Shown here in pieces: positions 23,301 to 36,929 of a stretch of 64,000 bases of DNA. The DNA lies in the NCBI GenBank assembly GCA_047495785.1, contig JBLDXI010000020.1:2480001-2544000 (forward strand). The letters run 5' to 3'. The translations under genes and the position numbers were made by a program. Each line of letters begins with the position of its first letter. The stretch's first letter is position 1. Source of the DNA: Lepidodermella squamata (Eukaryota; Animalia; Gastrotricha). A model generated the notes under the pieces. The model was given only the letters and a program-made list of their open reading frames with translations, ran no database searches and was not told the origin of the DNA.

Positions 23301-24703
23301 AATTAGAAAGTTTTTTCTTGATTGCATTTAGATCAGGGGAAGTAAATTTTCAGGTTAAGAATTGACAGTTTCATGAATACTAGGTATTATACCAAAAAAA
23401 CCAGAACTGCGCGAACCATGTGCGTAATTCGCCGACGATATCCTTTTTTCTGACATTTGGCGTTGTTGTATATATGTTTTGCATACATACATATTATCGA
23501 CTTTATTACTTGCATATTCCGTATCAATAATAACATTTTACCACGAGGATAGCATTTCTCACGGGAAATCATTATCTTGGAACTACTACGAGAAGAGGCG
23601 CCATTACGAAACCGTGATCGAGGAAAAACACGGCGCTAAAATAAACGAATAAAGTGGTTATCTATTTAGAACACACTTTTTTACATTATATTCGGCCCCT
23701 CCTGGGCATGCGCGGATGTTCATTTTTTGTCTGCTGCTTTGTTCTTTCGCTCCGGGTGTGATCGTTGCTTATAGGTATGTACAAAATATTACCTAAAAAA
23801 TCTTTGCCAAGGTAAATCACCAGGGAGTCAGAATTTGCCGGAAGATCAACAAGTAATTTTCTGATATAATAATAATTTTTTTACCTAGCTTTTATTACAT
23901 GGTCACTCAATTACACGGCGACAAATTTTCGGCGATTTCTTGTTTTTAGTACAAAACTACCTACGAAGCGAAAAACATGATTGAGTAAACATACTTTTCT
24001 TCGCGCCAAATTAATTAAAGCACCTGTGCGTTGCTTTCAACAATCAATAGCTTTTCACGTGCCATGAATTCTGCGTATTGTCAATTATTTGCAAATATCA
24101 GCATAAGAACGTCAGCATCATCTCGTGGTTTATTTTTCATACTGGTCGTGAAGCGAAGAAAAAAATGACGAATTTTCTTTTGGCACTATAGCTTGAGCTG
24201 CCCTGCCTGGAACCTCAAGAAAGATTGAGGATTTCAAGTGCATTTTATGAGTGATTTTCGCATTGCGCATCTTCTTAGAATTTTATTGATTAACTCTTGT
24301 GGGCTCGACTCATGCGTACAAGCCTAGAACCATTTAATTGCATCCGGTGAATTCTATTCTAGGTACAATTTAACGTTAATTATTAAAATTAAGAAACAAT
24401 TTTTCTCCAAGTCGCACTTTCCCCCTTATAAGTGTAACCACACCCCACGATTGAACTCAAAAAGTAGGTTTTTCATTTAGAAATCCATCAGCTTAATGCA
24501 ATTCCTTATACTGTCAGTAACGCCTAATTTTACGAATTGCTTACTTTTTCATCAGCTTTCATCTGTCATCCTTTAAGATTAACTTGGGGAAAAACAGCGA
24601 TTTTATTGATTTTTTTAGGCAATATTTAAGGCCGTTTTCGTTTCGCGAAAATGGTCCGTTGTAAACAAAGTTTGAAATACTAAATTTATCAATCAAATTC
24701 GCC

Positions 24704-27622
24704 ATGGCCTCTGAAAGTGTTTCAGCTCTTAGCACATCGACTGCGTTTTCCTCAGATGCGACGACCATCATCAAATTTGTGAACACCTTCGACGATGAGA
24801 GCGGCTTGATCATGGTCCCTTCCCCGCCTATGGACAGAGACCTCGCGTTAGCTATGCTCAATAGTGGCGATCAATTCTTCAGCGGCTCCAACGGCTTAGA
24901 AATAGGTTTTTCGAACAATGAATCAGCCCTTCAGTTACCGCCATGTCCAAATTTTGCCGATCAAAAAGCCGAATTAATGCTGCTTCGATTTTCACTATCG
25001 GGCGTGTTTCTCAGCGTTGTCTGCCTGCTTGGAGCGTGTTCGAACTTGGCAGCTTTCGCTGTTTTGTTTTCAAGTAAAAAATTCAACCAAAGCGTCTACA
25101 TCTACATGAAATGTCTCGCTTTCAACGACTCGATTATGCTTATGACATTTCTGATGTTCGCCCTATATGCGCTGACTTTCCTACCATCTACGCCGCAAGA
25201 CGTTTACATTACAGCGACAAATGCGATTATGTCCGTTTATCGATTTTGGTTCGCACTTGCAATTATGTGCCAAGGGCAATCGATTTGGTAAGACATGCAG
25301 CTTTATTACTACCACAATTAATTTTTGAATATTTTCCCATCAAAACTTGAACTGTTATCAGAATAAATTCTCAAACCTAAAACCTAGGTTTGAAAAAAAC
25401 CAATCTTTCAAACATTTTTGTCCATTTAAAAATTGTCAGATTTTATTTTTTTAATTACCCGAAATTAGAATAATCTCGGTCTTTATTTTTAAATAATTTA
25501 TTTAATTTATTAAACAAATTAATTGATTAAAAATTTGCTTTTCTAAAAAAATTCTGCAAAACTATGTCTGTGGGTTCAAGTTCATTCGAAAACTTTCCAG
25601 GTCTCTTACGTATATCTGAAATTTAATGAAGGCAGCTAATGAAGGAAATTTAATGAAGACTAATTTAATTTTCTGTTTCGGTCGCCAAATGCCAAAAGTT
25701 GACACGCGAAAAGGTCAATTATATTGCGAATGACAAATGAGATCAATTGAACGTGGAAAAACTGGAATTTTATTCATCGATTTTCCACGAGTCACGTGTT
25801 CCCAACTTTGATTAAATTCGTTTTAATTGAAAGAATTTTATTTATTCAAGGTTCATGTCATTGATCACATTGGACCGCGGTTTTGCGCTTTCGAGCAATT
25901 TTCAAATCCGTGACGCCGTTTGCCGCAAATGCGTCGCCATCGTTCTGTCATCGGCCTCGTTCGTCATCTGGTTCGGCTTCTTCATCGTCAACACGTTCAC
26001 CCAGATGACCGAGCCGTTCTGCGTAGGACACAGTGGCCAAATCATGTATGTATCGCTGCCGACTGATTTCGCCCAGCAAAGCTGGCTATTCCGCGTCTCC
26101 TTCACTATTGTCATGAAATTCATCCTACCTGTATTGCTGACGGTTGTATGCATATCTTACTCGACAGCTATTCTCATCCACACGATTTCGTCAACAGCGG
26201 GGAAAAAACAGCCCCTCTCGGCGAAGACTAGCAACCCTATGGTTGAATCGCTAACGAGTAAGCTGAAAACTCACGGCGAGGTGAATCGGGCGAAAGCGAG
26301 TCGTAAATTTCTCGTCGATACCGATTTGCAAAATGAGAAGCTGAAAAGTTCGATCAATGACGGCAGCCCGGCGCCTTTCCTGCAGCTCCAGGCAGCTTCG
26401 CAGCGGCAACTGCAATCTCAATTGTCCAGTGTCCACGGACGAAACCTCAAAGCAAGAATTCAAACCGCTCACGCGCTTTCATGGGCTATTGCTGCCAGGT
26501 AAGAAATTCGAAACAATTTAAAATTAGTCTTGGTATTTTCGCCACTTAAACTAAGGTTTCAGAAAAGGTTCAGAAAAGGTTCAGAAAAGTTTAGAAAGGT
26601 TCAGGTAAGTTCAGAAAGGTTCAGAAAAGGTTTCAGAAGGTTAAATTGAAGCGCCCTGGCACTGCATTGATTTTCTTGATGCCCCTCTGTGACCCTGTGA
26701 CATCTTATTTAAGCTAGTTGGTTATAGCAGTTTTTTGTTTCAAAGACTTATAACTCGGACTTACAACTTATAACATCGGAAAAATCACTGCTTTGTAAAA
26801 TCGATACGTGGCATCGGGTTATACGAAGTAAACCTGCATTTCTTAGAGAATCCCAATGGCCTAAATCGAGAAGCCTTGCAAACTGAATTCTCTTTTGGGT
26901 GGCAAAGTAGTTTAAAGTTTAAACGGCCCTAAATTTGCCAAATTGTCCTCTTTCCTCAAATCTGCAATAGATTACTTTGGAGCATTTACTCCATAAAATC
27001 CTTGATAATCCCGATATTTGGAAATTTGGACTTCGATTGGCCAATAGCATACCTATTTTCTATGGCCAGTAGATGAATATTTTTTATGTGAATTTTAGAA
27101 TTTTGAAGTTCAGTGTAGATCTTTGAAATACCATTTTTCATCGAAAGCCTGTTACTGGTCATATTTGATTTTCATGCTTTCAATGACCTTTTCATCCTTT
27201 TCAGCATGATTTTCTGTCACCTGCCGGCAGCTGGCCTTCTATTAATTAATGAATTAACAAATTACCGGGTGGCTGGCGAGCAGTGGTTCCAAATCGCCAA
27301 CGAGATAGCCAACGTGCTAATAAGTTCCAGTTCTGCGATCAACTTCCTGCTCTTCTTCTTCTCAGGCAATAAATATCGAGCGGAAATGAGCCGGCTGTGG
27401 AATCGCTTCAAATTACGCCTATGCAAATCGGCCGGGCCACCGGCGCGGTTCCGGTGCTACAACTTCGAACCGAATCACGTTCATCACAACAACAGTTTCG
27501 CCAACAGAAATCGCAAATCCCCGGTTGTACTATCGCCGGTTGAGGCTAACTCGCCTGAAGATCAAAATTCGCCTGTTGAAGAGCCTAAAAATAATCCAGT
27601 GACTATAACACCAGCGGTTTGA
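24704..27622 (+). CDS. Rhodopsin-family GPCR, FMRFamide/peptide-receptor-like
   Basis: Exons 24704-25287, 25851-26498, 27205-27622 join in frame. TM1 GACSN, TM2 LAFND, TM3 LDRG (DRY variant), TM5 FILP, long ICL3, TM6 CHLP, TM7 SAINFLLF. Confidence 0.8.
26553..26642. repeat. intronic minisatellite, about 10-11 bp unit AGGTTCAGAAA
   Basis: About 8 imperfect tandem copies in GPCR intron 2. Confidence 0.85.
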
Positions 27623-28663
27623 AAAATGTTACTGTAATGCTTTTCGCTATGATTTTCCGATTACCCCGAAAATGCTCTTAAATCGCGCCGGTTTCGGCCT
27701 TTGTTCGCTTTAATTTTTCGCTTCAATTGAACTTGCTTTTCTATTATGATAAAATTTGAAGAGACTGTATGATTTGTGTGAAGATGGCGGGAGTAAAACC
27801 GAGTTTTTTTCAAAAAGAAATCCTTCTTAAAGCTGACGCCGTGATTTATTATAATATTCATATAATATTCATATACTCGTCGCAGTATAATAATTAGTCG
27901 ATGTTTCAGATAAAGATAATGCACCTACACGTTTCTTCGCGAAAAAATTGCCAAACACACTGCTGTATGATAAATAATAATAGGTTAGCAATTTATACAG
28001 ACACAACATAACTCCAGGTAAATACTTAATTTTAATCATCGTGCCACTAATAATGGAACACAGATGGATAGATTTCAGGAAAGCGGTTGACATGGAGGCT
28101 TTAGGAAGCCCTTCAAAAGGGAAATTTTGATGCCCGACTGACAGCTATAAACCGACAATAGGGAAATTTTTCAATTTTTACACAACAAATATACCACAAA
28201 TAACCAAGCCATTGAGAAGCTCAGCGAGAAAAAGAAGCAAAGCACGAGAAGAAAAAATTGTGTAAGTATTCAGGCATGTTTCGAAATAAGGCAAGAAGAT
28301 CTGATATTATCGGCAAGGTGAGTTTTGGACAAACCCGCGATCACTCATCCGTGCATGATATAATAAACAGGGTATGTATTATAGGTATATTATAATCAAA
28401 ACAGCAAGAATAAGATAGCAATACTTGGTATACAGCAACGATCAAAAAATCATGACTAGCCATCATAAAGTGCGCGTTTGAAAAAACTGTTTTTTTGCTC
28501 ATCGTCCGTGGTTATAATAATTAGTTAATTAATTAATTATTAATTAGCTAAATTTACAGCACAGCACAAGCTCGATTTTTTTTATAAATTAATTAATTTT
28601 TTGTTTTTACCATCGAGACCAAAAAAGCGATAGGTATGTGCGATTTTTTTTACAGTTTTTTTC

Positions 28664-31600
28664 TCAAAGCCGCCAGCAATAAGGCGAGGTGCTGGCCATA
28701 ACCATACGCTGGGCTAAATCGGCGCCTGTTTGCTGGTCGAAGTTCGACTGGCTTGAGAACGAGCTGAAATGCTGTTGTTGCTGCTGTTGCTGTTGAATTT
28801 GCTGCTGCTGCTGTTGATTTGTAGGTTGCAAGTAGCACTGCGCCGTTTGCTGTTGTTGGCCCTGCTGACCGCCCCGGTTTGATGACGAGGACGAAAGCGA
28901 GGCGAAACCAGCAGCAGCGGCGGCTGATAGCTGATCGGCATACGTGTTATTAGCCGCCGATAGCATGCAGTGGTACGAAGACTGAGCCGCGTGTTGGTTG
29001 ACGGCTTGTTGCACCAACATCGACTGCATCATGCCGGCACCAGCGCCCGCGCTCCAGTTCGACCCGGCCGCCGTCACGCTTGGATCGGCACTCAAATTCG
29101 TGTAGCTGTACAACTGATCCGGCCGGACTAGCGAATTTGTCGAGTTGTAAAACGGACTCGCCGCCGCGGCTGCTTGCATGAATGACCCATTTAAGGTGGG
29201 TAGGAATGATGAGGTCGAGCCAGCCATGCTTGGCGACGGCTTCGGTTGACTGGCCGCAGCAGCAGCCGCCGCAGCTAGAGCCGCCGTTGAAATGCCGCTG
29301 TTTCTCGCCGCTGAATTCAAGTCGTTAGCCTGCTGCTGTTGTTGGTTAGTTGATTGCTGCGGGTTCGAAGTGCTACTACTACCGCCTGAAGAACTGGCGC
29401 CGCTCGACGTGCCGCCGGTGCGCTGTTGTTGGCGCAGTTTGTCCTCGCGGCGCCATTTCGCGCGCCGGTTCGAGAACCACACCTGGATGCGCGCCTCGGG
29501 CAGGTCGATTTTTTGCGATAGGCGCTCCCGTGCGAACACGTCCGGATAGTGGGTGCGTTCGAATTCTTTCTCGAGCGCGTCCAACTGCTCGGCCGAGAAT
29601 GAAGTGCGGTTGCGTTGAAGTTTCCGCTTCAACCGCATTCGCATCTGCTCCTCCTCTGTCGCACCTTCGTTAGGAATGCTGTCGCTATCGGAATTGCTGT
29701 CATCGTTTAGCAAGTCTAAGAAAAAAAAATCAAGCAAAATTATAATCAAATTGTAAATATATGATTGGATCGTTTTCGGCAAAAAAATAAACTAAATCTC
29801 CTATTTCCTTGATCCTAGACCATATATCAATTCAAGTTACTGTTAAACGATTTCCAGGTTAGAATTTCATATATAACGTCTCTAAATTGATTTATTTATA
29901 GCCTAAATTTCCAAAAATGCTTAATGCATTTTTTTCAAGTTAATAGCTAAATTAAAATGTTTCTAATATTTCAAGTGAAAGGTCAAGTGCTCTAATATAA
30001 ATTTGAAAATCTCAATACGAAAGAAAAATAGCCTAAAGGGTTTCGTGCTTCTCAATTTTTCAATTCTTTAATAGAATTAAGCCCCGAAATTTTTTTTTTC
30101 TTCATTAATTTGGCGATGGTATTTTTTATCAAAGCCCTGAACTTCAGAAGCAACGATAATGTCTCTCATTTATATTTGACTTCACCGTGAATTCGCCATT
30201 ATGCCCGGATCTGGGAGGTTTCGCTTTAATTTCTCAATCCTTTGACTTTTTGGCATCATGACAAAATTTTATAATCATTTCACATTTCAATATTTACATC
30301 ATGTTTCAACTGCCAATTATAAACAGGTATCTAAGATTTGCCAAGGTTGAGCGAGCACACCTGCCCGAGCTTATGGACGCGCGAGGCGATAATAATAATA
30401 ATGGCAATAATGTTGTACTCTACCAGAGTATAATAATACACTGATGACGACTGCTGGTCGCGGCTTTTCGGACGACTGGCCAGGCGCGTGACACGAATTG
30501 CGCAAAACGTGTCAATGATCTTGCTGGCGTTGGCGTCGCGCAAGTATACTTGGCGCAATTTAAACCACACTCATTTCACGCCTGTCAATGTTTGCGCCCG
30601 TGTTTCCGTTCAATCAGTCGTCTTCATGTTTCGGAGTTCATCATTTCGAAATTGACGCTGGCGCAACTTCCTTCCCGCGCGTAATAGAGCTTATATATGT
30701 AAGTATGTAACAACGATCTGGCGATGTGTATAGCTTCGAGTTTTACTTCCTGGCGATTTAGTATATATAGAGACCCCTCAAAATCTGTCATAGTCAACAT
30801 TTCGCGGCGCATCACGCGTGAAATTACATTTCGCGTGTTCGGCGACCAACCCAATCATCGCACGGCTAATCAGGCGCGAATATATAGGCAAGGCACTAGA
30901 TAATATCGATAAGCGCAGCCCAGCAGAAATTTTTCACGCATCACCAATTTTTTATGATTATTATATTGTTTATTATTACACTCATAGCCATGTTTTGTGA
31001 TGTCGCGCGCTGCGCCCCGGAAATTAGATCGTGTCGAAAGGGAGCCGCGCCCGAAAATGAGACGACGATAAGAAAAATGTGCGCTGTGTCGCGATTTTAA
31101 GGTGACTCAAAGTTGACTCGCAGCCGTGTTCGGTGCAAAGTCTTCTGAAAGCAGGCGCTGTGACGAGACGACACCCGAATAAGTGCACCGGTTTACAGTT
31201 TTGGCGTGTTTATAGCCTGCTGTCATATAAGAGGACACTTGTCTAATGACATTCTAACGCTCCTTTTCAGCCCTTGACAAGAGACACGCGCGCGCTTTCA
31301 TAAGCCGACTCTATTCACGGGAGATGTTTAAACTTTGTAATCCACGGCCGCTAGCTATATACCTATATAGATTGTCCCGTTTAAGTTGCACCCGGCCGTT
31401 GGGGCAGGGGGTCTCTTTCTTCGAGCTCCCGCTACTATTGTCGGTAAAATAATAAAAGGTAACAACTATCAGGCGGATTACACGCAGCTCGACCTTAAAA
31501 CGGGGTAATTACACTCGACCCGCACCCTAAGGTGTGTGAAAAGCCTCAACTCAAAACGTACCGTCTTTGAGAATTTTGCTGCCTGTGCCGTTTTCGATGC

Positions 31601-33317
31601 CGCCCGACGGTGTCATGGCGCCGTTGTTGTTGCCGCTGCCGAACGCCGCAGCGGCTGCGGTTAAGCTGGCGGCGTACGGCTGGAACGAAGCCGAGTGTTG
31701 TTGCTGTTGAGCGCTGGGCGCCTGTTGGGTGCTGGGTGCCAATGGGCGCTGGAGTGTGGAAGCGGGTTGCACGGTGCCCGTTGACGCGGGCGTCGTAGCC
31801 GGGTACGCCCAGCAGTTTGCCGGCGCTGTTCGAGCCGCCCAGTGGTTATTGCTGAACAGCATCAACTTGTCGTACAAGGCACTGCCGGCCGCGAACATTG
31901 ACTGCTTTTGCTGCTCATTAGCGAGATTGCGTAAAACCCGGTTAATCGAAGAGACCTGAAAAATTGAAAGAAAATGATAAAAAGTTGCACAAATCTGAGA
32001 TAATTTATTTTCTTAATTCAAGTTCAAATATTTATTTTTTTTTTTTTCAAAATGTTTCAATTTTTTTGAAACCTTAAATTAAATTCAACGCCCAAGATAA
32101 TTGTCCTTATTTTCAAGGTTAAAATAATAGTTTTTTCTCCAATATCGATTAATACAGTAATCAATTTTCATATTTTTTTCTCGAATTTGAAAAAATATAA
32201 TTCACATACACTTGGAACGGTGTCAGCATTGCAGTGGCCCTCAGCCAAAAGTCGATCTTTGATTTCCCACGCAAAAATGCTCGGACATTCGCGTTTATAA
32301 GTCGCAATTCTATCGACAACATCCGACGTTGCGACACGTGGCTTCGAGCCGCCAATCGCCCGCGGTTTGATCGTGCCAGTTTCGTAGTACCGGCAGAGAA
32401 TTTTCGAAACGCAGCCGTTCGAAACCTGAAGGATGCGGCTGATATCGCATGGCCGCGCGCCCTGTTGCGCCAACTCAACAATCCGCCCACGTGTACTATC
32501 CGGCAGCGGCCGGCCGTTGACGAAAACACCGCCGAGTTGATTAATACCACTGTGACCTGTAAAACAGGGTGACAACAAAAATTATAATAAAAAACGCGTA
32601 AAGCCATGTGACACCGTGATTTACATCGCATAAAACAGCGGCGGCGGCGGCTAAAACAGATGTGACACATGCACCCCGGGATTAACACCGAAAAGTGCCA
32701 CCGTCGGCGCTTCTTTTTCTAGCCGCGCGGTGAGGCGTTCACACACAAAAAACGCGACACACACCTGTCTCATTAGCGATTCGCGCATTAATTTTTCGCG
32801 CGCGATTTAACGCGAGAGAAACAAAATAGAAATATACCTCGTTTGGGCCGTCTCGCCTTAGCCGGTGTTTCGCCATTCGTCGTACTCGGCCGCGAATTCG
32901 ATGAAGTCGTACCATTCACGCCCGGAGAACCGCCGTGTTGCTGGTGATGGTGATACATAACATCTGAGTGGTGTTTGCCCTGTCTATGAGCTGAAACGGT
33001 ACCTAAAAAAAATTAGAAAAAATAATTAAAAATCCAAAAAATCGTAAATTCTTACTCGAAGTCGAAGAGGCGTCGTCGTCATCGTCGTCATCAGCCATCA
33101 TCGAACCAGTGCCGCTACTGATATCGTTAATATTAGCCATATTCGCCATATTTGGCGACATCATTTGCTGTTGTTGCTGGGCCATGAGTAACGCCGCAGT
33201 ATTAGCCGCTAGTATAGCGTTCGAACCAGCCGGGCCCTGTGGTGTCTGCCACGCCTGCATATTCGGCGACTGCATTTTCGTCAGCGACATAAAAGTAGCC
33301 GTCGACGCTTGCTGCAT
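28664..33317 (-). CDS. PAX6: Paired box protein Pax6
   Basis: Exons approx. 33317-33056, 33002-32838, 32557-32210, 31954-31562, 29715-28664. Paired domain [34 protein letters not shown]; Pax6 linker motif LYDKL; homeodomain [22 protein letters not shown]; C-terminus SPYCWRL resembling SQYWPRL. Confidence 0.97.
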
Positions 33318-34052
33318 TGTGTCCTATACGCACAAACAAGAAATCGGATCGATGTAAAATTATTAAGGTGGAGTCAATTGCTACCTATGATAGTATATCC
33401 TGACGCCCGTAGGGGCCGGAACCTACACTGCTGTTATTAGCCGGGTTCTTAAAAGATTCCAACGAACGCGCGAGACTCAAGAGCAGTGGCGGCGCGCTTT
33501 GACTCACACCGCGATATATCGCCCGCGGGTTCGCGCAAATCGAACAGACGTCAATTATAAGTGAGCGCGTGCGCGTTTTTATGATCCTAAATAGGTCATC
33601 TCATCATTCTCATTGCGCGCACTTTGCAACCGGTGCGGCTCACATGACATATGGCTCGAGTTGATTTGAAAAATCCTCAACAATGCGATGACATTTTTTG
33701 CAATAAAACCTGTCACTTTATTTACTATAAGCAGCTTACCTAGAACGTTGCTGCGCGAAAGGTCAGCTATCATCGTGGGTTATTTTTGATCAACGAAAAA
33801 AAACGTGAGGATATATAAGTGATGAATAATGAGACTTGAAGATACCTTATAGCTATATGATTTCTGTTATATATTTATTTTATTGCAATGATTGCGGGCG
33901 TTTCTCGCGGCTGTGAACAATTTTTTCACGGCCAGTTTAAAGGCCGATGTAATAATTCGAGGAAGGATGAGCGCAAATCTAACACGAGCAGTCAAACACG
34001 CTGTAAAATTTTGCCGCGCGACTGATAACCGAGTAACAAAACGCGGACTTAC

Positions 34053-34460
34053 CTTGCTAGATGAGTCGATGTGATGTCAGGAAATGCGAATTACTGTATC
34101 TGCCAAGCTCGACTGGTTGGTTGGGTTTGTGATCTGGCCTATTATTTCGGGCCGGCTGATTCCTGCTTTTACTTGCGAAAGCAGACGGCACGAAGCAAAT
34201 GACGCGTTGACGGGGAAAAAAGGAGAGGCTGATATCTCCTTTTTATATAGAAATTTCACGGTTAAAAAGAAAGATGCCTTTTACTAGATGCGTTATTAGT
34301 ATAATAGCCGCGCCGTAACGACGTTTTTTACTTGGCCAACGATGTGTGGATGAATTTACAAATGAAGAGCGCACTGCGCCGTGATTGCGCACAGGCTGGC
34401 GCGACGCGCTGCGCGCCGACCAATCAGCGTGCGAGGCGCCGCGCACAGCCGACCAATCAG
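34053..34460 (-). promoter_or_regulatory. Putative Pax6 promoter and non-coding first exon
   Basis: Two identical GCCGACCAATCAG boxes (34415-34427, 34448-34460). Minus-strand TATATAAAA at about 34240-34248. Donor CAAG|GTAAGT at 34053/34052 pairs with acceptor TAG at 33324, just before the ATG. Confidence 0.6.
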
Positions 34461-36929
34461 AGCGCGCGCACTAAAAGTCAGACGGCGCGGTCGTAAATCT
34501 CACGCAGGTAGTATAACACAGACACCTTCTTTGACCCACCGCTTCGCTGTGTTGCCGACGACACATATTTGTCAAGAAAAAATTGCCGCCAACGAAACGA
34601 CAAAGTTAATAAATTAATTCTCAGTTTTTACGAGGGCGTCAGGGAAAAATGACATTTTCAACTCAATTTTTCACGTAAATTGTGACTGGCATCAGTCGAT
34701 TCAGCAGATTGCGGCGAGTCGAGTGGTATGTGTGGGTAATAACGCATTTATTAACCCCAAAATTCGAATTTTCAATTCCATGGACTCACGAACTGCGCGT
34801 TTTTTTATTACTACAGCAAGTATTTTTTATTTCATCGGCAGACAGGTGTTAGTCGTAGTTATGACGCTGAAATATGTGGGGATTGATTTTTATTGTTCCG
34901 ATGGTGAAGTTATAGATGGAGTCGCTGATATCGAGTTGATGTAACTTTTGCAACCGACGACGATGACGCCGAGTTTGACATGTCGCGACACGCGCGACCC
35001 TTCAGCTGCTATATACGGGTGCGTTTTGGGTTTGGCGCAGTAGACATGTTGTACCTATCTCGGCCATCGTCGCTTACTCATCATCTTCATTATTATTATT
35101 ATTATCAAATGCGAGTGTAATAGTAGTATAATGTATACAGATGGGCCGGCGATTTCACGCCGAGTTGGCGCTTTCATAATGTGCGCAGCCGAGCGCGCCT
35201 AATGGCAGAAGGCGTCTGCATGTCATGTTTAGGCTGCTTCACCCCTACTGTCTCTCCCTACTGCTGTTGCTGCTTCTTGAAACCGCCTATTTTTCCGAAT
35301 TTCATGTGTCCTTTTATTACATACATAGCATCGTAGTGATGATGATGACGATGATGGCGACAAAACAGCGTAGTCGGTGTGGACGCGGCGTCGTGCCTCG
35401 TGCACGAAAGCGCTGCGAACGCACCTGCCCATCCCTAGCCGTGGTCAGACAAACCTATAGGACAGGTGAAATGCTGCTGATGAATCCCGAAATGTTGGCT
35501 GTCACGAAAGGCGGCCATTTATCAAGTCACTTCTCAGGATGGCATCCCGCAGCGCGCGCCAAAACGCATAATCACCGCAATTATCCACGGTAATTATGGG
35601 GTTAATGACATTGGAAATGTGCGCTTTCGAACATTCGAAGAGCGTGAAAGGAAAAGAAAACGTCAAAATCTGGCTAGTCAAATTTGAAATAAATTCTGCG
35701 TGCAATTAAATCCTAAACATAATCGCGTGAATTATTCCGCTGTATTTTGTTAGCTGCACCAGAAAACTGGCCAATGGTTTCAGGTTTCAACCTAACAGGC
35801 GTAAAAGGACCGAAAGCATAAAGTGCAGGGTCGGTAGATGATAAATCTTGAAATTACTCAAAAATGAGAAATATGGAAAACACCATTGCGACCTCTTTTT
35901 CTTGAAAAAAGGTTATACTTCCATGGCTTTTTATCAGCATCAGTAACACAATGACAAAATCGAGTCAAACGCAATTTATCTAACAATAGGTAAATGCGAT
36001 TTCTTACTGTTAAATGAACTTTCGCATCCAAAAATGTCATCCAACAACATAGAATTTGACTGAAGTCACCCGACTGAATTGACCATAAAGTCAAAATTTT
36101 GCCAACCGCCTAAATTTCACTAGCTCACTATATAATGCCTTGGAAACTAAGTAATGGGCATTGCTGAAATCGATTATTCCCTGTATATCCGAAACGTATA
36201 TCTGAATAATCCGAAGCTTCGTAATTTCCGAAGAAGCCGCTTTCCAAGTACTCATAGGTATTTCTCAGTCTTGAAGTAAAATTTCCTTCGAGATAAGTTT
36301 CATGTCGGGTAATTTTTAGTCGAATATTTCGGATATAAACAGTCTCATCCGGCATCACCATGAATTTTCTAGACTATAGGTCAATGCCCCGATTTCGAAT
36401 GGGGATGGCAGCCGGTATCATTAGAAGTTGTCTGCAGAAAATGGCAAACGGTGGCAGCCCAATTGTCACTGGATGATCTGCGAATTTCGAATGGTCTACT
36501 ACAATTCTAATCTGCGGAGCAATCTTTTTCGTAGTGTTCTATCGCGCTAAAAATAGGAATCGATTCAAATTCCCGAGGGCATGAGTTATATTAAAAGTTG
36601 TATTATCTTTCTTTTCAAACAATATCGAGTAGTATTCCATATCCCCAACGCATCCTCTGCTGCTTGCGAAATATTTCGTAGTGCGTCAAAGCTATTTCAA
36701 AAAACATCTGAAGGTAACTTAACATTTAACTGTTAACATTTTCAGTTTATTTCTATTTTTTGTCTGGATCACCAAGACAAGTGTACATAGTAAAACACGT
36801 TTATGAGCTATAAATAAAAGGCACAAAATCATACGCGTAAATCTGGTGTAAAATATTGGTATCTCCTCAAATCACAGATATAATAAATTATCACTGTTTT
36901 AAGCGTCTTCGATTTTTTTTTCTCGTAGT

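Noticed and set aside
24704-27622. GPCR as an opsin forming a light-sensing cluster with the photolyases and Pax6
   Set aside because: No Lys in TM7, and the motifs fit peptide receptors. Proximity alone is not evidence.
33579-36361. Short ORFs upstream of Pax6
   Set aside because: No recognisable domains or consistent splice structure; better explained as regulatory DNA.
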